Positions 44,391-52,782 of a stretch of 64,000 nucleotides of DNA are shown here, in pieces. Location: positions 32,001 to 96,000 of the IMG/VR virus record IMGVR_UViG_3300047462_000154, one strand, 5' to 3'. How positions within the stretch are numbered: position 1 is the first letter of the stretch; each line of letters starts with the position of its first letter. Under the pieces are notes generated by a model. It ran no database searches and had not been told where the DNA came from. It was given only the letters and a program-made list of their open reading frames with translations. A program made the translations under genes and the position numbers. The DNA comes from a virus.

Positions 44391-46715
44391 ATGCCAGGTA
44401 ATAATTTAACAGGAAGCAGCGTAACTTATAGCACAACAACTTATAAATTTGGAACTGCATCATTTAGTGGTGGTACGGGAACGGCGGTTTCTTCGACTAA
44501 TTTAATTACTGCTCCACCATATACAATTGAAGGTTGGATAAACAGCACATCTACTGGAGAAGTTTTTGCGTTTGGTGAATATCAAGTAGTATTTGTTGGT
44601 TTATATTCAAATGACGCTCTTGCTATTTTAGGAAATGTTGCTGGTTTTCCTGGTGGTTCAACAGCTATTAATAATGGCGCATGGCATCATTTAGCATTTT
44701 CTGTTAGTTCAGGAGGGGCATATAATTTTTTTGTTGATGGTTCATCAGTTGCAACAGGAACGATGCCAGCGGTAACTTATGGTGCATTTGCTGTTGGATA
44801 TGATAATGCATTAGGCGGATATAATTTTTCTGGATATATTGATGAAGTTGCTGTTTGGAGCACACAAAAATATACTTCAAACTTTACACCACCAACATCT
44901 GCATATTTAGGAACAGAAACAGGATTAATTGCACTTTATCATTTTGATAGTAATTTAAATGATAGCTCTACCGTTGCTTCAACAATCGGAACAGGTGGTA
45001 GAGGACTTACAATGGTAAGTGCCACTTATGATGGTCTTGGTCAAAAATTTGGGCAAGCCGCATTATCTGGTGGATATGGGTCTATGCCAACGTTAATGCC
45101 TACTGCTATTGGTTCTTATCCGTTTACTGTAGAGTGTTTTGCAAAAGCAACAATTGTTCCTACTTCTGTAGGATATGTTGCTGCACAAAGTGCTTGTTTT
45201 GGTATTGGTGTTACTGCTTCAGCAACATATCAATTTATTGTTGGTGGTACAACTACAGTAACTTCAAGTCCGGTTGCATCTGGAAGTTGGAATCATTTAG
45301 CATTGGTTGCTACGGCAACTTTGGCAACAATGTATGTCAATGGGCAAATAGCAGGAACATTAGCAAGTCCAGGTTCATTAACGACAACAGCGTTAACTTA
45401 CATTCATTCTCAATCAACAACAACTAATCCCTTTCTTGGGGATGTTCAAGATGTTGCTTTTTGGAATACTGCAAAATATACAACAACATTTGCTCCACCA
45501 ACCACACAATATACTGGTTCTGAAGGTATGTTGTCGCTTTATCATTTGGGTGGTTCTGGCACTGATTATGCGTTTACAGCAAATTCAGGTTGGGTTCCAG
45601 CAACAAGTTCTTCAATAGTATATTCTCCATATAATTGGTGGGTAACTAATATTGGAGCATATACCACATGTGCTGGTGCTTATTTCAAAATAATGTTTAC
45701 TGGAAACACGGCTATATTAACCTTTGACACTTCAAATTTATTATCACCATATTCTGAAATATATTATAGAATTGATGGGTATTCTGCGCAAACTCCTTGG
45801 ACATTGGCTACTTTGTCTACTGTTCCACAAGCAACTGTAACTTGCACAGTTGGAACCTTAACAACAACAGGTTCACCATTAATTACGCCATTATATCATT
45901 TATTAGAAGTTAGAGTTAAAAGCACTTCTATTAATTTAAATAGATTTATACATCCAAGCAATACTGCCATTATTTTACAAGGTATTCAATTAACCACTGG
46001 TGCATTAACTGTTGCTCCAGCTACATATCCAAAACATATTTTGTTTTATGGAGATACTTTAACTGAAGGATATTATTCAGTAAATTCAACTGCTGCAAAT
46101 GACACCGATTCTCATGATGCTTCAACGTGTTATTCAACTTTAACATGCGAAAAATTAAATGCAGAATATGGAATTGTTGCTTATGGAAATACTGGATGGA
46201 GTGTTGCATCAACCACATCTGCTGGTGCGGTTCCTGCATTAACTTCATTTTATGGATATTTAACACCAACAACAGCAAGAACGTTTACACCAACACCAGA
46301 TTTAATTATAATAAATATGGGCACAGTTGATTGGAGTCAAAGTTCGCCTGTTGCAACCACAAAAACCGCAATCAATACAGTATTAACTGGTCTTTTGGCA
46401 GCAACGCCAGCAAGCACAAAAATTATTGTTATGGTTCCATTTGCTGCTGATGGTTTAAATTTTACTGGAACAGCCATAAGTACCATTAATGGTTATACTG
46501 TAAGTGCCTATTGCGGTTCTACTATACCAGGAGCAATTACTTCAACTACTAGAGTAACATATTTGTCAACATCTGGATTTTTGAATGCTAATTATGGAAT
46601 GAATGATAGTATTCATCCAACAGGGGTTAATCATATTTCACAAATTACCCCACAATTAGTCAATGCTATTATTCCTATCTTTTTGCCAGCAAACAATAAA
46701 TACACGCATTCATAA
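44391..46715 (+). CDS. Paralogous 2x LamG plus SGNH-like domain with altered catalytic motifs
   Basis: Colinear with 41968-44364; GDTLT, GTVD and DSIHP motifs. Confidence 0.8.
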   Translation: MPGNNLTGSSVTYSTTTYKFGTASFSGGTGTAVSSTNLITAPPYTIEGWINSTSTGEVFAFGEYQVVFVGLYSNDALAILGNVAGFPGGSTAINNGAWHHLAFSVSSGGAYNFFVDGSSVATGTMPAVTYGAFAVGYDNALGGYNFSGYIDEVAVWSTQKYTSNFTPPTSAYLGTETGLIALYHFDSNLNDSSTVASTIGTGGRGLTMVSATYDGLGQKFGQAALSGGYGSMPTLMPTAIGSYPFTVECFAKATIVPTSVGYVAAQSACFGIGVTASATYQFIVGGTTTVTSSPVASGSWNHLALVATATLATMYVNGQIAGTLASPGSLTTTALTYIHSQSTTTNPFLGDVQDVAFWNTAKYTTTFAPPTTQYTGSEGMLSLYHLGGSGTDYAFTANSGWVPATSSSIVYSPYNWWVTNIGAYTTCAGAYFKIMFTGNTAILTFDTSNLLSPYSEIYYRIDGYSAQTPWTLATLSTVPQATVTCTVGTLTTTGSPLITPLYHLLEVRVKSTSINLNRFIHPSNTAIILQGIQLTTGALTVAPATYPKHILFYGDTLTEGYYSVNSTAANDTDSHDASTCYSTLTCEKLNAEYGIVAYGNTGWSVASTTSAGAVPALTSFYGYLTPTTARTFTPTPDLIIINMGTVDWSQSSPVATTKTAINTVLTGLLAATPASTKIIVMVPFAADGLNFTGTAISTINGYTVSAYCGSTIPGAITSTTRVTYLSTSGFLNANYGMNDSIHPTGVNHISQITPQLVNAIIPIFLPANNKYTHS

Positions 46716-46721
46716 ATCGAT

Positions 46722-46750
46722 TTGTCAAACGGTTTTAAATGTTGTATCAT
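46722..46750 (+). promoter_or_regulatory. sigma70-type promoter TTGTCA-N17-TATCAT
   Basis: Near-consensus boxes with 17-nt spacer, upstream of 46783. Confidence 0.65.
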
Positions 46751-46782
46751 ATATTCGTTGCAACTTTAAATAGGAAACCTAA

Positions 46783-46968
46783 ATGACGTATCTTGATTGG
46801 GTTGAACAAAATATGGAGTTTTCAAAAAAAGTTTTTGAAACTTCTATGAATATAGCGGAATCAAATATCAAAACAGCATATGCGGTTGCTGATATTGCAA
46901 GAGAAAATACCGAGACAATTATTCAATCAACACAGAAAATTATCTCTGGATTGAAAATCTCGAATTGA
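46783..46968 (+). CDS. 61-aa amphipathic helical protein (phasin-like?)
   Basis: Own promoter, AGGA RBS and terminator. Confidence 0.6.
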   Translation: MTYLDWVEQNMEFSKKVFETSMNIAESNIKTAYAVADIARENTETIIQSTQKIISGLKISN

Positions 46969-46971
46969 AAG

Positions 46972-47002
46972 AAAAAGGCTCACTTTTTGTGAGCCTTTTT
47001 TT
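46972..47002. terminator. Bidirectional rho-independent terminator
   Basis: AAAAAGGCTCAC-TTTTT-GTGAGCCTTTTT between convergent genes. Confidence 0.9.
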
Positions 47003-47694
47003 ACTTAAAAATCTTTATTTTAAAAGATTTTGGTTTAACGACAATTTCAGATTCATTTCTGCCAGCAAAATAAGCCATAATATTTTCTTTATCAATAATG
47101 GCTTCATAAACAATACCATTTTGATTAAAACGATTGGCAAAAAATTCAGCTTTTCTGATATCAAGCGTCCAAGATAATCCGTGTTTGTTTTTTTGAATTC
47201 CGCCACGATAGGCAATAATTTTTTCATCAAAAGAATTATAAATTTCTTTTTCTTTTTCATCCATACAAAATTCACGATTGGGAATATTTATTGTCCACAA
47301 ATATTCCCATGTATCAACAGCTTGCCATGAATTTTCTGTATCGGTCCAAATAGAACCCAACATTTCCCAATATGTTTCACTATCCAAATTTGGATAAATA
47401 TCACAAAATGCGTTCAAGCGAAATGGGCGTTCATGTGACCAAACATAACGCGAAAAATCTTTTTCCAATAAAGCTTTGTTGATGCCTTCTTTTTTATCCA
47501 GATAGCGCATATTGACCATTTTATTCATGGCATCAGAATGCGGAACCGAATATACCAAAGGATGTTGAATTACCTGAAATCCAGTTTTTGAAGTTTTATT
47601 CAAATATGGTATCAAATCAGGATGCAACCTCTTCTGGTTCAAACATTTTCTGTAATTGATTTATTTTTTCAATATCTATTTGATTCAAATTCAT
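47001..47694 (-). pseudogene. ADP-ribosyltransferase-fold gene (R-S-E) with an apparent 1-nt frameshift near 47628
   Basis: AYRGG, GLSWT..KAEFFA, RNESEIVV. The RBS-led ATG at 47694 reads ..MFEPEE and stops at 47617, while the long frame continues LHPDL. Confidence 0.55.
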
Positions 47695-47707
47695 TTGAAA
47701 AAATCCT

Positions 47708-48073
47708 TTAACGATAATGTTTTGAAAGACGTTCAAATGCCGCCATCGCTTCACGAACGGCTTCATTAGAGCCGCCATGGTCAGGATGATATATAAACAA
47801 TGAATTACGAAATGCTTTTTTCAACAATTCTGGTGTTGCTGGCATTTCAAACAAATTCAAATAAGCAAGGTCTTTTGAATTCTTATCTTCTTTTGAAAAA
47901 ACAAGTTTTGCGCCGCCACCAAGCAAAGCTTCTGCAATACGAATCCATTCATCAGCAGAACCAAATCCTTCTGATTCATCATAATGTTTATAAGCAGCAT
48001 CAGAAAAAGAATAAACCGTCCTTGCTTTAATACGGGCGGCGCGTTCTTCATCGGTTAATTTAACTCTTGGCAT
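47708..48073 (-). CDS. J-domain (DnaJ-like) protein
   Basis: LKKAFR..YHPDHGG C-terminal J domain. Confidence 0.85.
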   Translation of the reverse strand: MPRVKLTDEERAARIKARTVYSFSDAAYKHYDESEGFGSADEWIRIAEALLGGGAKLVFSKEDKNSKDLAYLNLFEMPATPELLKKAFRNSLFIYHPDHGGSNEAVREAMAAFERLSKHYR

Positions 48074-48077
48074 GTAA

Positions 48078-48332
48078 TTAACCTTTAATTTGAAGTTTTT
48101 TCTCTGTTGAAGCTAAAAGCGGAACAATTGAAGAAAGATGCTTGCAATTGCGACGAGTTTTCCATCCTGGACAAGAACATCCCCAAGAATTATCTGATTT
48201 CCGTTGAGCAACCGTATATAACCGATTGCTTGACTCGGAACGAATTTCAAATCGATTTTTCCATTGCTGATTATCAGGCAACAATGAAGCACCAACTTGA
48301 TTAGCCACAATAATGATTGCTTTATCTACCAT
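48078..48332 (-). CDS. SWIM zinc-finger protein
   Basis: YTV...WGCSCPGW..RRNCKH. Confidence 0.8.
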   Translation of the reverse strand: MVDKAIIIVANQVGASLLPDNQQWKNRFEIRSESSNRLYTVAQRKSDNSWGCSCPGWKTRRNCKHLSSIVPLLASTEKKLQIKG

Positions 48333-48338
48333 ATGCTT

Positions 48339-48366
48339 ATTATAGCATATAAAAATTATTTGTCAA
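48339..48366 (-). promoter_or_regulatory. Consensus sigma70 promoter TTGACA-N16-TATAAT (extended -10), leaderless
   Basis: The -10 box ends 6 nt before ATG 48332; no RBS. Confidence 0.8.
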
Positions 48367-48370
48367 CTTT

Positions 48371-48616
48371 TTAAAAAACTTTTTGGTATAAAACCATTCC
48401 AACCACAATACCGATAGCACCAGATGTTCCCATAACGATTGTTGCTGGTAATAATCCTATTGATATGGCAATATGAACAAATACTACTTGCACGGCGCTA
48501 ATGATTAATTGACAGATTAATGCTGAATAATATTTGTTGTTAGTGATATTTTTTGTTTGATATGATATCAAAACAATTTGAATAAAATTTACTAACCATA
48601 AAAAAAATATTTCCAT
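48371..48616 (-). CDS. Small membrane protein
   Basis: Three hydrophobic segments; GGAG RBS. Confidence 0.65.
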   Translation of the reverse strand: MEIFFLWLVNFIQIVLISYQTKNITNNKYYSALICQLIISAVQVVFVHIAISIGLLPATIVMGTSGAIGIVVGMVLYQKVF

Positions 48617-48659
48617 TTTTATCTCCGGTCATATTTAGAATAGAAATATTTTTTTTATA

Positions 48660-48860
48660 TTAGGTTGAAATTGTTACAACTGGTTGAGTGCTGCCATTAT
48701 AAGGAATAGTATAAAAAACAGAAGCGTTTAATTGTTGTACAATTGCGGCTGGATTTTGTTGTGTTAAAACGAGCGCGCCCAATTGAGCATAATTTTGTGA
48801 AATTGATTTTGATGTTAAAACAAGTGCACCAAATTGTGCTACATTAACGTTATCTGTCAT
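48660..48860 (-). CDS. Small virion-associated protein
   Basis: Repeated AQxGALVLT; coupled to the upstream structural gene. Confidence 0.55.
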   Translation of the reverse strand: MTDNVNVAQFGALVLTSKSISQNYAQLGALVLTQQNPAAIVQQLNASVFYTIPYNGSTQPVVTIST

Positions 48861-49975
48861 CCTATTACCTTATATCCAAGAATTAAAGAATTTATACCAG
48901 AAGGCGTCCATTGAACACCTGTATTTGGGTCAGTTAAATATGTATCTGTATGAGGATAAGAACCAACTGTTAAATAATTATTTTTTCCAATCACAGTTGT
49001 TGAACCAGAAGTTAAAATTTTTGCTAGTCCTCTTGTTCCAGAATCATTTTTATAAGAAGTATCTGTTATAGAAAGATTTAAAACTGTTGCGTTTGTTGGA
49101 ATTGTTGAAAACTTAAATGTATCTTGCGTTCCAACTGTTGAACTATAATTATATATTCCTCCATTTGCTGGGACAGTTGCGGCGGCTTGATAATTTGCTG
49201 AAGTTGAAGAAAAGCTTGTAGATACATTTGATTGCGGAGTTAAAAATCCAGCATTAAAATTTCCAAGAAAAGTATTATATGGTGAACTACCAGTATTATC
49301 TATGAAATAAAAATCTCTAAGATATGGAGGTTCTATTTGTGGCTGTAAATGATTTGAATATAAAATATTTCCAGACGCACATTCAAAAAATATAATAGGT
49401 AATGAACTGGAATCACTTGCTGTATTAACACCTGTTATGCTAATTATTGGTGAAGGATTGCCATTTATGCGAATAACAACACTTCCGTTAGTTGAAGAAA
49501 CATTTAAATAAATTTCAAAATAAAATGTTGAATACGCTGGAATTATATTTCCCGTTGATGCCAAAAGTGTATTGCCACCGCCAGCCTGTTTACTAATTGT
49601 TCCACCACTATATACATTAATGCCACCTGAAGGCGTAAAATAAACATTTATTTGTGGATTTCCATTAGCATTTCCAAAATAAAAATTTGTTCCTTGTGCC
49701 ATCGTTCCAACATACATTCTACAACCAAAATATATTGGATTTGCATAAATTCCTGGTTGCCAATGTAAATTTTTGTATTCTTGTCCATAAAAATTATTAA
49801 CCGAAGCACCAGTAAAAAAATATTGCCCATTATTTGAAATAATAGATAAATCCAAAGCAGGATAAAGCGCACCATTTGGATTATAAACAACTTCATATAA
49901 ATTATAATTTGTGCCATAATAACCAAAATTATTAGGTGCTTGGTCTCCACCATCTAAATAATAAAAATATGACAT
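48857..49975 (-). CDS. Tail/virion lectin-like protein, paralog 3
   Basis: YLDGG N-terminus, RDFYF.DxTG..P.NTFLG and C-terminal WT..IN.L.LGYKVI, shared with neighbours. Confidence 0.7.
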   Translation of the reverse strand: MSYFYYLDGGDQAPNNFGYYGTNYNLYEVVYNPNGALYPALDLSIISNNGQYFFTGASVNNFYGQEYKNLHWQPGIYANPIYFGCRMYVGTMAQGTNFYFGNANGNPQINVYFTPSGGINVYSGGTISKQAGGGNTLLASTGNIIPAYSTFYFEIYLNVSSTNGSVVIRINGNPSPIISITGVNTASDSSSLPIIFFECASGNILYSNHLQPQIEPPYLRDFYFIDNTGSSPYNTFLGNFNAGFLTPQSNVSTSFSSTSANYQAAATVPANGGIYNYSSTVGTQDTFKFSTIPTNATVLNLSITDTSYKNDSGTRGLAKILTSGSTTVIGKNNYLTVGSYPHTDTYLTDPNTGVQWTPSGINSLILGYKVIG

Positions 49976-51078
49976 TAACTAATTACCTTATAACCAATCG
50001 TTAATGCGTTTACTGCTGTTGTTGTCCATGTTCCAGAAGTTGATGGATTTGTAGTATATGTATCAGAATGTATACCAACGGTTGTTGTTAAAGTATTGAC
50101 TGTTCCTGTTACAGTAGTTGAACCAGAAGTTATTGTTTTAGCTAATCCACCAGAACCATAAGAATAATCAAAAAGTTTTACTGCAAATGTATTTAATGTA
50201 TCAGAAGCCAAAGAATTTACGGTAAAAGTATCTGTAGACCCAACCGTTGTTGCATTATTATAATCTGTTCCTGAATTTGGTGGTGTTTGTGCGGCATTTA
50301 AATAATTTGAAGAATTTCCATTTGGTGTAAATTGCACAGCGACATTTGCTGAAGGAGTAAGATATTGAACAGACACATCTCCCAAAAATGTATTAAATGG
50401 CGCACTACCAGTTCCATCGGTAAAATATATATCTCTCACAAAACAATTATTACTTGTTCCTGTACATTCCAAAAATGTTATTGGTAATGAACTCGTATCA
50501 GAAGCAGTGTTTACATTAGTTAAATTTAATACCGGCGTCGTTTGATTGCCATTTAAATGTATGGTAACAACACCAGAAGTTGCTGAAACAACTAGATAAA
50601 TTTCTAAGAAAATAATAGAATATGGGGAAACCAATCCAGCAGCGGTGCTACCAAGAAAATTACCAAAACCTTTAAATTTGTTTGTTGCGCCACTATATAC
50701 AACGATAGAACCATCAGTATTTAAATAAATTGCTAATTGAGGAACGCCATTTGCATTACATAGATAAAATAGCGTATAATTTCCTAATGGACCTGTATAT
50801 ATTCTTGCTCCAAAATAAATTGTGCTAGAAGATAATCCGCTTGGTGTCCAACGCAAATTATTTAATAATCCAGCGTTTGTTCCGCCGCCATAGGCATAGG
50901 ATTGTGATGTACTAAAATAACATTGACCATTTACGTTTGTATTAATATATAAATTTCCAACAGTTTCACCAAGAGTTCCGCCACCATTATAAAATATTTG
51001 AGATATTCCTTCGGATGCATAATATCCAAAATTATTTGTGGCTCTTTCTCCACCATCAAGATAAGCTAGATATGCCAT
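49975..51078 (-). CDS. Tail/virion lectin-like protein, paralog 2
   Basis: 367 aa, colinear with 51117-52220. Confidence 0.7.
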   Translation of the reverse strand: MAYLAYLDGGERATNNFGYYASEGISQIFYNGGGTLGETVGNLYINTNVNGQCYFSTSQSYAYGGGTNAGLLNNLRWTPSGLSSSTIYFGARIYTGPLGNYTLFYLCNANGVPQLAIYLNTDGSIVVYSGATNKFKGFGNFLGSTAAGLVSPYSIIFLEIYLVVSATSGVVTIHLNGNQTTPVLNLTNVNTASDTSSLPITFLECTGTSNNCFVRDIYFTDGTGSAPFNTFLGDVSVQYLTPSANVAVQFTPNGNSSNYLNAAQTPPNSGTDYNNATTVGSTDTFTVNSLASDTLNTFAVKLFDYSYGSGGLAKTITSGSTTVTGTVNTLTTTVGIHSDTYTTNPSTSGTWTTTAVNALTIGYKVIS

Positions 51079-51500
51079 ATTATTGTTCCTTTATTTTATT
51101 TATCGCACAAAATTGATTAACTAATTACCGTATAACCAATCGTTAATGCGTTTACTGCTGTTGTAGTCCATGTTCCAGAAGTTGATGGATTTGCAGTATA
51201 TAGATCAAAATATACACCAGCAGTTGGTGTTAAATAATTGACTGTTCCTGTTACAGTAGTTGAACCAGAAGTTAATATTTTTGCGGATGCACCAGAACCA
51301 TAAGAATATCCAAAAAGTTTTACTGCTAATGCATTTGATGTATTAGAAGCCAAAGAATTTACGGTAAAAGTATCTGTAGACCCAACCGTTGTTGCATTAT
51401 TATAATCTGTTCCTGAATTTGGTGGTGTTTGTGCGGCATTTAAATAATTTGAAGAATTTCCATTTGGTGTAAATTGCACAGCGACATTTGCTGAAGGAGT
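50203..51500. repeat. 156-bp identical direct repeat (50203-50358 and 51345-51500)
   Basis: Base-for-base identity read from the sequence within paralogs 1 and 2. Confidence 0.85.
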
Positions 51501-52220
51501 GAGATTTTGAATAGACACATCTCCCAAAAACGTATTAAATGGCGCACTACCAGTTCCATCGGTAAAATATATATCTCTTATATATGTTGAATTTGTTGCA
51601 TTAGTGGTTTCCAAAAATGTTATTGGTAAAGAACTAGAATCGCTCGCTGTGTTTACACCAGACACATTGATTATTGCGGTTGGATTGCCATTCAACCGCA
51701 AAATGACAGTACCAGAAGAAGAAACAACTAAATAAATTTCAAGATAAATTGTTGAATTTGCGATAACTGAGTTTATTGAAGAACCGCCAATAAAAGTATT
51801 ACCATTGCCTTTTTGTTTGTTTATTATTCCTCCACTATATACATTTATTGCACCATTTGATGCAAAATTAATACTAATTTGAGGATTTCCGTTTCCATTA
51901 CACAAATAAATAGTAGTATAACCATCTAATGTTCCAGTATAAAAACGAAATCCACAATAAATCGTGCTTGAATATAATCCTAATGGAGACCATCTAAAAT
52001 TATTATTAATGCCGCCGAACGTTGTAAAATCATTAGAGCCAGTCTGACCAGCACTAAAATAACATTGACCATTTACATTTGTATTAATAAATAAATTATT
52101 TAAATTTCCTTGCCCAAGACCGCCAGCATTATAAAATATTTGAGATACGTTTTCATATGCATAATATCCAAAATTATTTGAACAACGTTCACCGCCATCA
52201 AGATAAGCTAGATACGCCAT
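51117..52220 (-). CDS. Tail/virion lectin-like protein, paralog 1
   Basis: 367 aa; AAGGA RBS. Confidence 0.7.
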   Translation of the reverse strand: MAYLAYLDGGERCSNNFGYYAYENVSQIFYNAGGLGQGNLNNLFINTNVNGQCYFSAGQTGSNDFTTFGGINNNFRWSPLGLYSSTIYCGFRFYTGTLDGYTTIYLCNGNGNPQISINFASNGAINVYSGGIINKQKGNGNTFIGGSSINSVIANSTIYLEIYLVVSSSGTVILRLNGNPTAIINVSGVNTASDSSSLPITFLETTNATNSTYIRDIYFTDGTGSAPFNTFLGDVSIQNLTPSANVAVQFTPNGNSSNYLNAAQTPPNSGTDYNNATTVGSTDTFTVNSLASNTSNALAVKLFGYSYGSGASAKILTSGSTTVTGTVNYLTPTAGVYFDLYTANPSTSGTWTTTAVNALTIGYTVIS

Positions 52221-52241
52221 ATTATTATTCCTTTATTTTAT

Positions 52242-52760
52242 TTATCTCATACCAGCTAAAGTAATCGAAGAATTGGAAAATGTTGTATCTGGAGACGTTA
52301 TCAAAGCAACTGTAAGCACATCGCCAACATTAAATGTTGTTGCGGTGCTATTAGAAGTAATTGTTCCTGTTGAAGAAGATGCTGGAAACACAATACTTCC
52401 AATCTGACTACCATTTTTATTTAAGCTTAAAGTTGTTAAATTTGTTGGTGTGTTTCCACATGTTGCTATGCTTGGTGAAAAATTATTAGAAAATGTAACT
52501 ATTCTAGGAAATTGTATACTTGCTAATATTTGTCCAGATGTTGTAATAATGTTTGGATAATAAATTCCAATATCATATGGTGCAGTATAAGAAACATTTG
52601 CTGCTCCAGAATTTGTTCCAGATGTGGTTACGTTAAAATTAATAAAATTGATTGCGGATACCGCACTACTTAATATTGTTCCATTACTTTGAACAGCAAT
52701 GTTACCAGAAGTATATGTAGGAACGGTTGTTCCAGGCGCTATGATTTTTATAATACTCAT
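52242..52760 (-). CDS. Tail-associated protein
   Basis: C-terminal domain (ATCG.TPT..FNVGD.LT..D.T..N.SI.L.G) shared with the end of 52783-56454. Confidence 0.7.
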   Translation of the reverse strand: MSIIKIIAPGTTVPTYTSGNIAVQSNGTILSSAVSAINFINFNVTTSGTNSGAANVSYTAPYDIGIYYPNIITTSGQILASIQFPRIVTFSNNFSPSIATCGNTPTNLTTLSLNKNGSQIGSIVFPASSSTGTITSNSTATTFNVGDVLTVALITSPDTTFSNSSITLAGMR

Positions 52761-52782
52761 TTATTTTTCACTTTTTATATAT

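Noticed and set aside
49975-52220. DGR template/variable repeat pair
   Set aside because: Differences between the copies are not adenine-restricted, both are full genes, and no reverse transcriptase is present.
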